From Prochlorococcus marinus str. NATL2A (GTDB taxonomy: Bacteria > Cyanobacteriota > Cyanobacteriia > PCC-6307 > Cyanobiaceae), in contig NC_007335.2 of the NCBI RefSeq assembly GCF_000012465.1, positions 420,001-452,000 of the forward strand: a DNA stretch of 32,000 nucleotides, read 5' to 3'. Position 1 is the stretch's first letter. The number at the start of each line of letters is the position of its first letter. A program made the position numbers and the translations under genes. The notes beneath the pieces were generated by a model. It searched no databases and was not told the origin of the DNA. It worked only from the letters and a program-made list of their open reading frames with translations. Below are positions 1 through 8,915 of the stretch, piece after piece.

Positions 1-1477
1 AGTAGAAGCTCAAACTTTGGCCAATGTTTACCTCGCCTTGGAAAATGATTTAGAAATTATTCCTGTTCTCAATAAAGTTGATTTGCCCGGAGCTGATCCT
101 GAGAAAATCAAAAATGAAATTGAATCAATTATTGGTTTAGATACATCTAAGGCAATTTCCTGTTCTGCTAAAACAGGGGTTGGTATTCCAGAAATACTGC
201 AAGCAGTAGTAGATAGAATACCTTCTCCGAAAGATAATACTGATCAAGCTACAAAAGCACTTATTTTTGATTCCTATTATGACCCTTACAGAGGCGTGAT
301 TGTTTATTTCAGAATCATGAGTGGTGGCATAAGTAAGAAAGACAAGGTTTTGCTTATGTCTAGTAAGAAAAGTTATGAGTTAGATGAAATAGGTGTTATG
401 GCACCTGATCAAGTAAAAGTAAATTCTCTTCATGCCGGTGAAGTTGGATATTTAGCTGCATCTATCAAAGCAGTTGCTGATGCGAGAGTAGGGGATACGA
501 TTACGTTGGTGGACAGACCTGCTCAAGATGCTTTGCCAGGTTATGCCGAAGCCAAACCAATGGTTTTTTGTGGATTGTTTCCCACGGATGCAGATCAATA
601 TCCAGATCTAAGAGATGCTCTAGATAAATTGCAACTATCCGATGCTGCATTGAAATATGAGCCTGAAACAAGTAGTGCAATGGGATTTGGCTTTCGTTGT
701 GGATTTTTAGGTTTATTGCATATGGAAATTGTTCAAGAGCGTTTAGAACGTGAATATGATTTAGATTTAATCGTTACTGCACCATCAGTTATTTATAAAG
801 TGAAAATGATTGATGGAGAAATTAGAATGATCGATAATCCAGCTACACTTCCAGACCCTCAAAAACGTGAAACCATAGAAGAACCCTACGTCCGAATGGA
901 AATTTATGCTCCCAATGATTACAACGGTACCTTGATGGGTCTTTGTCAGGATAGAAGAGGAGATTTTATCGATATGAAGTACATAACGACTGATCGAGTG
1001 ACGCTTATTTATGAAATACCTCTTGCAGAAGTTGTGACAGACTTCTTTGATCAGATGAAAAGTAGAACTAAGGGATATGCCTCTATGGAATATCACTTAA
1101 TTGGTTATAGGGAAAATGATTTAGTCAGATTAGACGTTTTAATTAATTCAGAACGAGCAGACCCTTTAACAACGATTGTTCATAAAGATAACGCTTATGG
1201 TGTAGGGAAAGGACTTGTTGAGAAATTAAAAGAACTTATTCCAAAACAGCAATTTAAGATTCCTTTACAAGCTTCAATTGGGAGTCGAATTATTGCAAGT
1301 GAAGGTATTAGTGCTTTACGAAAAGATGTTTTGTCCAAATGCTACGGAGGCGATATATCCAGAAAAAAGAAATTGTTGAAGAAACAGGCAAAGGGGAAAA
1401 AACGAATGAAGTCTATGGGGAAAGTAGATGTTCCCCAAGAGGCTTTTATGGCTGTTTTGAAATTAAATAAAGATTAA
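1..1477 (+). CDS. lepA: Elongation factor 4 (LepA), 5'-truncated by the window edge
   Basis: The frame is open from base 2 ([34 protein letters not shown]...), so the listed TTG at 17 is internal. The NKVDL GTPase G4 motif, the EF-G-like domains and the LepA-specific C-terminal region (...[20 protein letters not shown]...) are recognisable. Confidence 0.95.
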   Translation, partial: VEAQTLANVYLALENDLEIIPVLNKVDLPGADPEKIKNEIESIIGLDTSKAISCSAKTGVGIPEILQAVVDRIPSPKDNTDQATKALIFDSYYDPYRGVIVYFRIMSGGISKKDKVLLMSSKKSYELDEIGVMAPDQVKVNSLHAGEVGYLAASIKAVADARVGDTITLVDRPAQDALPGYAEAKPMVFCGLFPTDADQYPDLRDALDKLQLSDAALKYEPETSSAMGFGFRCGFLGLLHMEIVQERLEREYDLDLIVTAPSVIYKVKMIDGEIRMIDNPATLPDPQKRETIEEPYVRMEIYAPNDYNGTLMGLCQDRRGDFIDMKYITTDRVTLIYEIPLAEVVTDFFDQMKSRTKGYASMEYHLIGYRENDLVRLDVLINSERADPLTTIVHKDNAYGVGKGLVEKLKELIPKQQFKIPLQASIGSRIIASEGISALRKDVLSKCYGGDISRKKKLLKKQAKGKKRMKSMGKVDVPQEAFMAVLKLNKD

Positions 1478-1493
1478 TAGTTATTTCTAAGAT

Positions 1494-1685
1494 CTATGTT
1501 TGTCTTACATAGCTTATTTCACTTGAATTATTTATAAACATTGAGACTTCCTGATTCCCTTTATCTTTTGTTAGGGTCGTCCATATGAAACCTATAATTA
1601 TTAAAACTGCAATGGTTATTGAGAGCTCCCCTACGGTGAGACCATCATTTTTAAAATGCATCTTAAAATATATGTATTCATTCAT
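1494..1685 (-). CDS. Hypothetical small single-pass membrane protein (63 aa; the start could instead be the internal Met at MHFKNDG)
   Basis: This is the only ORF in the unusually long 275-nt lepA-dppC spacer. It has one clear hydrophobic helix (LSITIAVLIIIGFIWTTL). I recognise no family, so this is ORF plus hydropathy evidence only. Confidence 0.3.
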   Translation of the reverse strand: MNEYIYFKMHFKNDGLTVGELSITIAVLIIIGFIWTTLTKDKGNQEVSMFINNSSEISYVRQT

Positions 1686-1752
1686 TTAAGCAATTTTTTT
1701 TTTAATTTCTACCTTTTACAGCTAAATTTAATTAGGTCTTATTATTTGATAA

Positions 1753-2610
1753 TTGAATTTGAGAGGTTTTTTAAGACGAAATAATTTGTCGACACGGTTA
1801 TTTTTCGCTGGGCTGATAATTTTATCCATATATATAGGCATCTCTATTTTTGTGCCACTATTAATAACTTTAGAGATTGTGCCTAATGGTGAATTTGGTT
1901 TAGGCAACCCGATTTTTTCGGCTCCATCGATAGATCACTGGTGTGGAACTGATCGACTAGGAAGAGATGTTTGTATTAGAACTTTGGCTGCGAGTGGAGT
2001 TGCGTTACAAGTTGTTTTTGTTGCCGTATCTCTTGCCGTTCTCGTAGGAATTCCTTTGGGACTTTTAAGTGGCTATATCGGTGGCCTTGTAGATAGGGTT
2101 TTGGTACTTTTCATGGATACTCTTTATACAATTCCTGTCCTTCTTCTTTCTGTGGTGATGGCATTTTTATTGGGTAGAGGCATATTGAATGCATCAATAG
2201 CATTGTGTGTCGTTTATATTCCTCAATATTTTCGACTTGTTAGGAACCAGACTTCACAGGTTAAATCAGAACTTTATATTGAGGCAGCAATATCAATGGG
2301 AGCATCCCCTTTGTGGGTAATAAGAAAGTACCTTCTTAAAAATGTTCTTACTTCTGTCCCTGTAGTTTTAACCCTTAATGCTGCAGATGCAGTATTAGTT
2401 CTTGGGGGATTAGGATTTCTTGGATTAGGTCTTCCTGAGAATATTCCAGAATGGGGAAGTGATTTAAATATGGCATTAGTTGCATTACCTACTGGTATCT
2501 GGTGGACAGCGATCTATCCTGGTATGGCTATGTTCGTTTTAGTGCTGGGACTGTCTTTTATTGGAGAAGGCTTGGAGAAAATTTTAAGTGAAACTAGTCT
2601 TCAGAATTAA
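1753..2610 (+). CDS. ABC transporter permease, DppC/OppC (peptide/nickel) family
   Basis: The N-terminal anchor helix, the multi-TM layout and the EAA-type loop (YIEAAISMGASPLWVIRKYLLKNV) are typical of DppC/OppC-type inner-membrane components. The start is a TTG and there is no nearby in-frame ATG. No partner permease, ATPase or binding protein is adjacent. Confidence 0.85.
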   Translation: MNLRGFLRRNNLSTRLFFAGLIILSIYIGISIFVPLLITLEIVPNGEFGLGNPIFSAPSIDHWCGTDRLGRDVCIRTLAASGVALQVVFVAVSLAVLVGIPLGLLSGYIGGLVDRVLVLFMDTLYTIPVLLLSVVMAFLLGRGILNASIALCVVYIPQYFRLVRNQTSQVKSELYIEAAISMGASPLWVIRKYLLKNVLTSVPVVLTLNAADAVLVLGGLGFLGLGLPENIPEWGSDLNMALVALPTGIWWTAIYPGMAMFVLVLGLSFIGEGLEKILSETSLQN

Positions 2611-2630
2611 AACTTACTTTAGGTTTGGAT

Positions 2631-3320
2631 TTAATATCTCATTTTTTCTGTTCTTGGGAGATTATCTATAATCTCACCTTTATAATTAAGTTCTGGATAT
2701 TTTCTGCCTTCACTTTTGCACCATTGAGCAACCTCGGGGTAAGCCCACTCGAAAAGCTTTTCTTTGTATGTTTCTTGGCTCATGCCTTCCCCAGATTCAG
2801 GAACCATATTGGCTACTTGTCGTTGCCTTAGCGCTTCAAACAATAATGCCGATGCCGCAACTGATACATTTAAAGATTCAACCATCCCTCTCATTGGAAT
2901 ATGAATATGCTCATCCATTAAACTCGAAGCTTCTTCACTGATACCCCATTTCTCGGCACCAAGCACAAATGCTGTTGGTCCCTTGAAGTCACATTTTCTG
3001 TAATCAATTGATCTGGGATTCAAGTTCGTTCCGTACAATTTAAACCCTTTTTCTTTAAGAACTTTTATCGCCTCAGTGGTCTTTTTATATTGGTTTATTT
3101 TGACCCATTTTTGACTTCCTTGAGCAGTGCTATTAAATGTTAAAAACTTCTCCTTATTGAAGATTGCATATGCTTCAAGAACACCAACAGCATCACAACT
3201 TCGTATTATCGCTGAGAGATTATGAGGCTTTTCAACATTCTCAATTAAGACTGTGAGATCTGAAATCCTCCTATTTAATACTGATTTTATACGTTCGAAA
3301 CGTCTAGGGAGGAGAGGCAT
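2631..3320 (-). CDS. trmH: SpoU/TrmH-family RNA 2'-O-ribose methyltransferase (tRNA Gm18-type)
   Basis: SpoU motifs are present: NVEKPHNLSAIIRSCDAVG, LGAEKWGISEE and IPMRGMVESLNVSVAASALLFE. The length of 229 aa is typical of TrmH. Confidence 0.8.
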   Translation of the reverse strand: MPLLPRRFERIKSVLNRRISDLTVLIENVEKPHNLSAIIRSCDAVGVLEAYAIFNKEKFLTFNSTAQGSQKWVKINQYKKTTEAIKVLKEKGFKLYGTNLNPRSIDYRKCDFKGPTAFVLGAEKWGISEEASSLMDEHIHIPMRGMVESLNVSVAASALLFEALRQRQVANMVPESGEGMSQETYKEKLFEWAYPEVAQWCKSEGRKYPELNYKGEIIDNLPRTEKMRY

Positions 3321-3436
3321 TTCTAATGATTTACAGAAGAGTTGTTAATCTTTGATGAAGATAGTTGTTTTAATTGTTTATGTGATAATTAAATGAATCA
3401 CTCAATTAAATAAAACATCTTTTTAGAAGATTACAT

Positions 3437-3471
3437 AAAGAAAAGCCCCTGCCTAAAGGACAGGAGCTTTT
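3437..3471 (-). terminator. Rho-independent terminator of the porin-like gene
   Basis: The minus-strand RNA AAAAGCUCCUGUC-CUUUA-GGCAGGGGCUUUU forms a 13-bp stem (two G.U pairs) with a 5-nt loop. It runs into UUUUCUUU, 33 nt past the stop codon. The same stem has two C-A mismatches on the plus strand, so it is oriented for the minus-strand gene. Confidence 0.6.
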
Positions 3472-3503
3472 CTTTATCTTTGAAAATGTAAGATTCTATG
3501 TAA

Positions 3504-4502
3504 TTAGAAGCTAAATACAGTTTCAAGAACAACACCAGAGTCATCATCACCAGTATTGTCTTCTACAGTGAAGAAACCAGGAGTGATTGTTACGCTGTCA
3601 TTGATTGCATAAGTGTAAGAGACTTCAAAGCCTGTTACATCATCAGAGCTACCACCGTCAACATCAGTTTCATTGTAAGCAGCACTTAGTGTTCCAGGAC
3701 CAACTTCGTAGTCAACACCAATGAACAAGTCAGTTGCATCAGCACCTGTCTCTGGATCTGTTGTGTCATAAGCAACGCTGAATGTTGCATCAATTGACTC
3801 TGGGCTGTAGTAGATACCACCACCAAATGTGTCATAGCCTTCACCCGCTTCGCCGTCGTTAGAAGCGATTACAAGACCGCCACCAAAGCCGTCGCCGTTA
3901 TAGCCAAGAGTGAAAGTTGAAACATCATCTCCATCATCAGCGCCGATTCCTACTGTTGAATCAGAGCCACCAACAGAAACGAAACTTACAGAAGCAACTA
4001 CGCCGTTGTCATTAGAATAAGCAACACCAACTCCAGGACCAGTTTCGTTACCAGCCAAAGAATAAGGCATACTGCCTAGTCTGAAAGCGTCTGAATAAGC
4101 AGAAGTTGTTGCAGCAACAACATCATCCTGATCAACCAAAGGTCCAACAGTTACTGAAAGATCGCCAACAGGGAAGTTGTAGAAAAGAGAAGTAACAGTT
4201 AGATCACCTGATTCAGCACTATCCATGCTTGCAAGTGGGCCACTAGCATTACCAGCTACAAGACCAGCAGAGAAAAGGTCTTCGCCTGTGAAGCTAGAAT
4301 TTAGGTCAAGGCCATATGCATACTGCATATAAAGCTCTTCTTGGTTGTCTGCTGTTCCGCCGTCAGCAACAGAACCTGTTGTGAAAACAGCAGATCCAGA
4401 AAGAGTTGTTGTTGATGAAAATGCAGTATCTGCATTAGCCGCAACTGGAGCCATTAGGCCCAAAGCTGCTGGAGCTACTAATAAACGTGAAAAAAGCTTC
4501 AT
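3504..4502 (-). CDS. Outer-membrane beta-barrel (porin-like) protein, extremely acidic, no SLH domain
   Basis: There is a Sec signal peptide MKLFSRLLVAPAALGLMAPVAANA|DT. Repeated amphipathic beta-hairpin segments are joined by D/G/N turns (VGVAYSNDNGVVASVSFVSVGG, LFIGVDYEVGPGTLSAAYNE, EVSYTYAINDSVTITPGFF). The C-terminal ...VFSF ends in Phe, as in OM barrels. I prefer the ATG at 4502 over the in-frame ATG at 4517 (MCEDT-), because it gives a canonical signal peptide and has GAGGA just upstream. Confidence 0.75.
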   Translation of the reverse strand: MKLFSRLLVAPAALGLMAPVAANADTAFSSTTTLSGSAVFTTGSVADGGTADNQEELYMQYAYGLDLNSSFTGEDLFSAGLVAGNASGPLASMDSAESGDLTVTSLFYNFPVGDLSVTVGPLVDQDDVVAATTSAYSDAFRLGSMPYSLAGNETGPGVGVAYSNDNGVVASVSFVSVGGSDSTVGIGADDGDDVSTFTLGYNGDGFGGGLVIASNDGEAGEGYDTFGGGIYYSPESIDATFSVAYDTTDPETGADATDLFIGVDYEVGPGTLSAAYNETDVDGGSSDDVTGFEVSYTYAINDSVTITPGFFTVEDNTGDDDSGVVLETVFSF

Positions 4503-4520
4503 AGTGTCCTCACACATTAA
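4503..4520 (-). promoter_or_regulatory. Ribosome-binding region of the porin-like mRNA containing GUGUGAGGA, complementary to the conserved Yfr1 sRNA core
   Basis: The mRNA reads 5'-UUUAAUGUGUGAGGACACU-AUG. GUGUGAGGA (plus-strand TCCTCACAC, 4507-4515) is the exact complement of 9 of the 11 nt of the Yfr1 single-stranded motif ACUCCUCACAC, and it includes the SD-like GAGGA. Confidence 0.35.
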
Positions 4521-4705
4521 AGAAGTTGTATCGAATTTAACGTTTCGTTGAGGAGAGTAAAAGTATCTTATGTTACACCTTTTGAGTTGGCCTAGCCCCG
4601 ACTATTCCTTTGAAAGTCACTGCAGTATAAGACTTTTGGGGCTGTTTGGACTATGATTATTCCAATAAATATTTTAAAGTGAACTGAAGTTTTAAATGAT
4701 CGCTT

Positions 4706-6043
4706 TTGAGTGAAAACCTGTCATTCATGAAGGGCTTAGATGCCAGAAAAGCTGCTTGGGATGTTATCCAAGCCGTAGGTGGAGGTGCATTCGCAGATGT
4801 TGCTTTGGAAAGGATTTTTAATCTTTATTCCTTTAAGTCGATAGATAAAGGATTGATAACTGAACTTTCTTATGGTGCAATTCGCCAAAGATATTATTTA
4901 GATTGTTGGATTGATTATTTAGGGAAAGTACCAGCTAAGAAACAACCTCCTTTATTGAGATGGTTATTGCATCTTGGCCTATATCAGGTTTTAAAAATGA
5001 AGAGAATACCTCCAGCGGCTGCAATCAATACAACTGTAGAGCTTGCGAAAACTTATCATTTAAAAAAGCTGGCTCCCGTTGTTAATGGAATTTTGCGATC
5101 TGCTCTTAGAAGCAAAGAGAGAGGTCTCTTGTTGCCTAAATCAAATAATCCTAGTTTAGAACTAGCAAAAAACGAATCCCTACCTCTTTGGTTGGCAGAT
5201 GAATTGATTAAGTGGAAGGGATTAGAAGATGCTAAGAAGATTGCTAAAGCATTTAACTGTATTAGTCCTATTGATATAAGAGTGAATAGATTGCGTGCAG
5301 ATTTAAAAGAAGTAAAAGAAATTTTTGATTCCTGTGGTATTCATAATCAAGCGATACCAAATTGTCCTTACGGATTGGAGGTTCGAGCTGGTGTTGGTGA
5401 ACCTAGAAAATGGCCCGGTTATGAAGAAGGAAAATGGAGTGTTCAAGATAGATCTTCACAGTTAATTGCCCCATCATTAGGACCTCTACCTGGAGAAAAG
5501 ATTCTTGATGCTTGTGCTGCACCAGGCGGAAAATCAACACATATTGCTGAATTAATTAATAATGAGGGCAATCTCTGGTCTGTTGATCGATCATCAAGAA
5601 GATCTAAAAAAATATTAGCTAACTCAGAGAGGCTTGGGACTAAATGCTTGCAAATATTGGTTGCTGATTCTAATGAGCTATTACTAAAAAATCCTGATTG
5701 GAAAGGTTTTTTTGATCGTATATTAATAGATGCTCCATGCTCAGGATTGGGTACTCTTGCTCGCCACCCTGATGCAAGATGGAGGATGAATCAAGATAAT
5801 ATTCAGCAGCTTGTCGCTGTTCAAAGTCAGTTGCTTAACTCGTTAGCGCCCTTATTGAAAAATGGAGGGAAGTTGGTTTATTCCACTTGTACTATTCACC
5901 CTGAAGAAAATTCTCATCAGATAAAAAATTTTCTTCAATCAAAGTCTGAGTTTTTATTGGAATATGAAAAACAGATCTGGCCTGGAGAGGGAGATAATGG
6001 AGATGGTTTTTATATTTCTGTTTTAAATAAATTAAAAAATTAA
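4706..6043 (+). CDS. rsmB: 16S rRNA (cytosine967-C5)-methyltransferase RsmB/Sun
   Basis: There is a NusB-like N-terminal domain, the SAM motif DACAAPGGKS, and the catalytic Cys motifs DAPCSGLGT and YSTCT. The start is either the TTG at 4706 or, perhaps more likely, the ATG at 4727 (MKGLDARKAAW...). Confidence 0.9.
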   Translation: MSENLSFMKGLDARKAAWDVIQAVGGGAFADVALERIFNLYSFKSIDKGLITELSYGAIRQRYYLDCWIDYLGKVPAKKQPPLLRWLLHLGLYQVLKMKRIPPAAAINTTVELAKTYHLKKLAPVVNGILRSALRSKERGLLLPKSNNPSLELAKNESLPLWLADELIKWKGLEDAKKIAKAFNCISPIDIRVNRLRADLKEVKEIFDSCGIHNQAIPNCPYGLEVRAGVGEPRKWPGYEEGKWSVQDRSSQLIAPSLGPLPGEKILDACAAPGGKSTHIAELINNEGNLWSVDRSSRRSKKILANSERLGTKCLQILVADSNELLLKNPDWKGFFDRILIDAPCSGLGTLARHPDARWRMNQDNIQQLVAVQSQLLNSLAPLLKNGGKLVYSTCTIHPEENSHQIKNFLQSKSEFLLEYEKQIWPGEGDNGDGFYISVLNKLKN

Positions 6044-6112
6044 TAAAGTATATGACGTGTAAACTCGATTTTTAATTAGCTTTGATATGATTTTTTGTTT
6101 TAATGATTAATT

Positions 6113-7063
6113 TTATAAACTAATTAAGGAACTATGTCCAATAGCTATTGCAGTCACAAGCATTCCTAAAATTAGAAATGGTTGTGCACTGGCTTGGTAT
6201 TTAACATCAAATTTTAATGGATCGCGTAATAGCCATATGTCTTGGAATGTGATTTGAGGAATTATTAGTAAAACCAGAATGACAGATGCAAAATGTTGTC
6301 CTATAGCTATTAAAACTACTACCATTGCCAGCTGAAAGATATCTATCATTCCTGCGCTAATACGACTTGCATTTTTAATACCAAAAACAACAGGAAGTGA
6401 TTCAAGCCCAAGGCTTTTATCCCCTTCCACGCTTTTAAAATCATTTATCACCGCAATCCCTAGACCTGACAAGCTGTAGGCAAGAGTAAGCAGGGCCGTT
6501 GTCCACGTTAAATGTCCAAATAGAGCCTGTCCAGCCCACCAAGGAAGAGCTATATAGCTCGCACCAAGTGCATAATTACCAAGCCAACCATTTTGTTTAA
6601 GTTTTAAAGGTGGTGCTGAGTAAATAAAACTTACAAATGAACCTCCCAAAGCCAAAAGAAGGACGGAAGGAATCGTGTGATGTGCCCACAAATCTAATAA
6701 ATAGGCAACTCCAAGACCGGCTATTAGTAAAACCCAAATTTGACATTTTACTTGGAACAGAGAAATTGCCCCTGAAGGTATTGGTCTATTAGGTTCATTT
6801 ATTGCATCAATTTCTCTATCAAAGTAATCATTTATTGTTTGGGTATATCCAGTTAAGAGTGGGCCGCTCATAAACATGCAACTTATCGAAGCAAGAATGT
6901 TGCTTAATTCCCAGTGATAATTGCCACTGGCCGCTGCTCCACATATGACTCCCCATAACAAGGGAATCCATGTGATGGGCTTCATCAATTGCAAACGAAG
7001 CTTCCATATGTTTGTTGTTTCAGAACCTCCTTTTATCCCAAGGAGTTGCCTAGCATCGCTCAC
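6113..7063 (-). CDS. chlG: Chlorophyll a synthase (UbiA-family prenyltransferase)
   Basis: The UbiA motif NDYFDREIDAINEPNRPIPSG is present. The N-terminus LLGIKG...WKLRLQLMKPITWIPLLWGVICGAAASG and the multi-TM layout are typical of ChlG. Confidence 0.92.
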   Translation of the reverse strand: MSDARQLLGIKGGSETTNIWKLRLQLMKPITWIPLLWGVICGAAASGNYHWELSNILASISCMFMSGPLLTGYTQTINDYFDREIDAINEPNRPIPSGAISLFQVKCQIWVLLIAGLGVAYLLDLWAHHTIPSVLLLALGGSFVSFIYSAPPLKLKQNGWLGNYALGASYIALPWWAGQALFGHLTWTTALLTLAYSLSGLGIAVINDFKSVEGDKSLGLESLPVVFGIKNASRISAGMIDIFQLAMVVVLIAIGQHFASVILVLLIIPQITFQDIWLLRDPLKFDVKYQASAQPFLILGMLVTAIAIGHSSLISL

Positions 7064-7078
7064 TTTGTAATCTCAGGG

Positions 7079-7300
7079 TTAAGAAACTTCATCTTCGAAG
7101 AACCAATGTTTGCTCCCGTCATTCATTTTAATAACCACACCAATTCCACCCCTTCCATCTGTCATCTTATAATCGATTACAGTGCCTCTTGGGTCTTCTG
7201 ATAGTTGGTCTATCAAATAAGAAGGTATGCGGTCCTGGACACGTTCAATATTAACTTTAATTTTTGAACCTATCCTTGAAAGGGAGGTTGGCTTAGCCAT
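7079..7300 (-). CDS. Conserved small cyanobacterial/plastid-lineage protein (DUF2862-like), unknown function
   Basis: This is a 73-aa soluble ORF (IGSKIKV...RVQDRIP...KMTDGRGGIGVVIKMNDGSKHWFFEDEV), 15 nt upstream of chlG on the same strand. The family assignment is from memory of the motif pattern only. Confidence 0.6.
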   Translation of the reverse strand: MAKPTSLSRIGSKIKVNIERVQDRIPSYLIDQLSEDPRGTVIDYKMTDGRGGIGVVIKMNDGSKHWFFEDEVS

Positions 7301-7352
7301 GGAATTAAATTACTTGATTTCGGCACCTTAACAGTTCCTCCGTTTAAAAATC

Positions 7353-8123
7353 ATGGTTGCTTTAAGATTGATTCCTTGTCTTGATGTTTCAAACGGACGG
7401 GTAGTGAAGGGGGTTAACTTTGTTGGATTGCGTGATGCAGGTGATCCAGTTGAATTGGGATGTAGATATAGCAAGGCTGGAGCAGATGAATTGGTCTTCC
7501 TTGACATAACAGCTACATACGAGAAAAGATCTACTTTGGTTGATATGGTTAGACGAACATCCGAATCAGTAACCATTCCTTTCACTGTTGGTGGCGGAAT
7601 AAGTTCATTGAATGGAATTAATGAATTGCTACGAGCAGGAGCTGACAAAGTAAGTTTAAACTCTAGTGCTGTTAAAGACCCTTCGTTGATTTCTAAAGGG
7701 GCAAATCGTTTTGGATCTCAATGTATTGTGGTCGCAATAGATGCAAAAAAGAACAAAAATATTCCTAATAAGTGGGACGTTTATGTGAGTGGGGGAAGGA
7801 ATAATACTGGCTTAGATGCGATTGAATGGGCAGAAAAAGTTTTTGAGATGGGAGCAGGTGAAATTCTATTAACCTCCATGGACGGTGATGGAACTCAAAA
7901 TGGTTATGACATAGAACTCACTAAATGTATTGCTGATAAAGTTCCAATACCAGTAATAGCTTCGGGAGGCGCTGGTTGCTTGAGGCACATTAAAGAGGCT
8001 TTTACTCTTGGGAAATCTTCAGCTGCTCTTTTGGCTTCTTTATTGCATGATGGACAATTAACTATCAGAGAAATAAAAGAATATTTGATTAAGGAAAATT
8101 TACCTATAAGACCAATTGAATGA
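7353..8123 (+). CDS. hisF: Imidazole glycerol phosphate synthase, cyclase subunit HisF
   Basis: [14 protein letters not shown], the [12 protein letters not shown] and GADKVSLNS barrel motifs, and SGGAG near the C-terminus are present. The length is 256 aa. Confidence 0.95.
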   Translation: MVALRLIPCLDVSNGRVVKGVNFVGLRDAGDPVELGCRYSKAGADELVFLDITATYEKRSTLVDMVRRTSESVTIPFTVGGGISSLNGINELLRAGADKVSLNSSAVKDPSLISKGANRFGSQCIVVAIDAKKNKNIPNKWDVYVSGGRNNTGLDAIEWAEKVFEMGAGEILLTSMDGDGTQNGYDIELTKCIADKVPIPVIASGGAGCLRHIKEAFTLGKSSAALLASLLHDGQLTIREIKEYLIKENLPIRPIE

Positions 8124-8205
8124 TAAATATTCTCATCAAAGGATGTAAAATCGATGTTTTTAACCTTAAAATTTTTTTGCTATCTAAGTTTTTTTCTGTA
8201 TTTAC

Positions 8206-8904
8206 ATGAGGCCTGGTAATACTAAAGCTATAGAAGAAATGTTTAATTCAATTTCTTCAAAATATGATTTTTTAAATGATATATTTAGCTTTGGATTGCA
8301 TAGGTTTTGGAAAACAAGATTATTGGATATTCTTAATCCAACTTTTGGAGAGAAATGGATAGATCTTTGTTGTGGAACTGGCGATATGTCAATACTTTTG
8401 GCTAGATATATAAAAAGTTCTAAAAATATTACTGGAATAGATTCAGCTTCTCAAGCATTAGTAGTTGCGAGGGAAAGATCTAAGCAAAACTATTCTTCAA
8501 TTGAATGGATAAATGGTGATGCTCTAGAAACAAATCTCACATCTCATCAATTTGATGGCCTTTTAATGGCCTATGGCTTAAGGAATCTTTCCAGCCCTTA
8601 TTCAGGCCTTGAAGAGGCTTTTAGAATTTTGAAACCAGGAGGAAGAGCTGGGATATTAGATTTTAGATCTTTTGAAGGAACCTCTATACAAGGGCTATTC
8701 CAAAAGATTTATTTAAGTTTTTATGTTGTTCCAATTTCATCTCTTTTCGGTTTAGGAAAAGAATATTCATATATAAAAAAAAGCTTAGTTAACTTTCCCT
8801 CTGGTGAAAAACAAATTCATTTGGCACTTTCTGCGGGCTTCAAAAAAGCAAAATACCAAACATTAGCAATGGGACAAATGGGGATTTTATTACTTGAAGC
8901 CTGA
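8206..8904 (+). CDS. menG: Demethylphylloquinone/demethylmenaquinone methyltransferase (UbiE/MenG family)
   Basis: The protein has the UbiE-type N-terminus (F..IS.KYDFLND..SFGLHRFWK), the SAM motif DLCCGTGD, and the AYGLRN and LKPGGR motifs. Confidence 0.85.
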   Translation: MRPGNTKAIEEMFNSISSKYDFLNDIFSFGLHRFWKTRLLDILNPTFGEKWIDLCCGTGDMSILLARYIKSSKNITGIDSASQALVVARERSKQNYSSIEWINGDALETNLTSHQFDGLLMAYGLRNLSSPYSGLEEAFRILKPGGRAGILDFRSFEGTSIQGLFQKIYLSFYVVPISSLFGLGKEYSYIKKSLVNFPSGEKQIHLALSAGFKKAKYQTLAMGQMGILLLEA

Positions 8905-8915
8905 ATCAAAATCGT

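Noticed and set aside
785-1096. These are ORFs lying antisense or out of frame inside well-supported genes: 785..1096, 2625..2831, 4345..4551, 6989..7201, 7328..7648, 10116..10334, 11782..12006, 13058..13285, 13838..14318, 15581..15916, 16423..16653, 16446..16649, 21591..22786 (three ORFs), 23596..23799, 25124..25339, 26294..26739 (three ORFs), 27731..27913, 29485..30414 (three ORFs), 30874..31086 and 31529..31792.
   Set aside because: Each is fully or largely embedded in a gene with strong family motifs on the other strand or in another frame. Their translations are low-complexity or Ser/Leu/Ile-rich shadow products with no recognisable motifs. Several sit in Lys-rich or Gly-rich regions that generate long antisense frames by composition.
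4500-4560. The plus strand might itself encode a Yfr1-like sRNA, because it contains TCCTCACAC (4507-4515).
   Set aside because: Yfr1 is defined by the motif sitting between two stable stem-loops, the 3' one being a terminator. I can fold only a 4-bp AACG/CGTT hairpin downstream and nothing convincing upstream. The first two motif bases also differ (GTG-TCCTCACAC rather than AC-TCCTCACAC). The site is read more simply as the target on the minus-strand mRNA.
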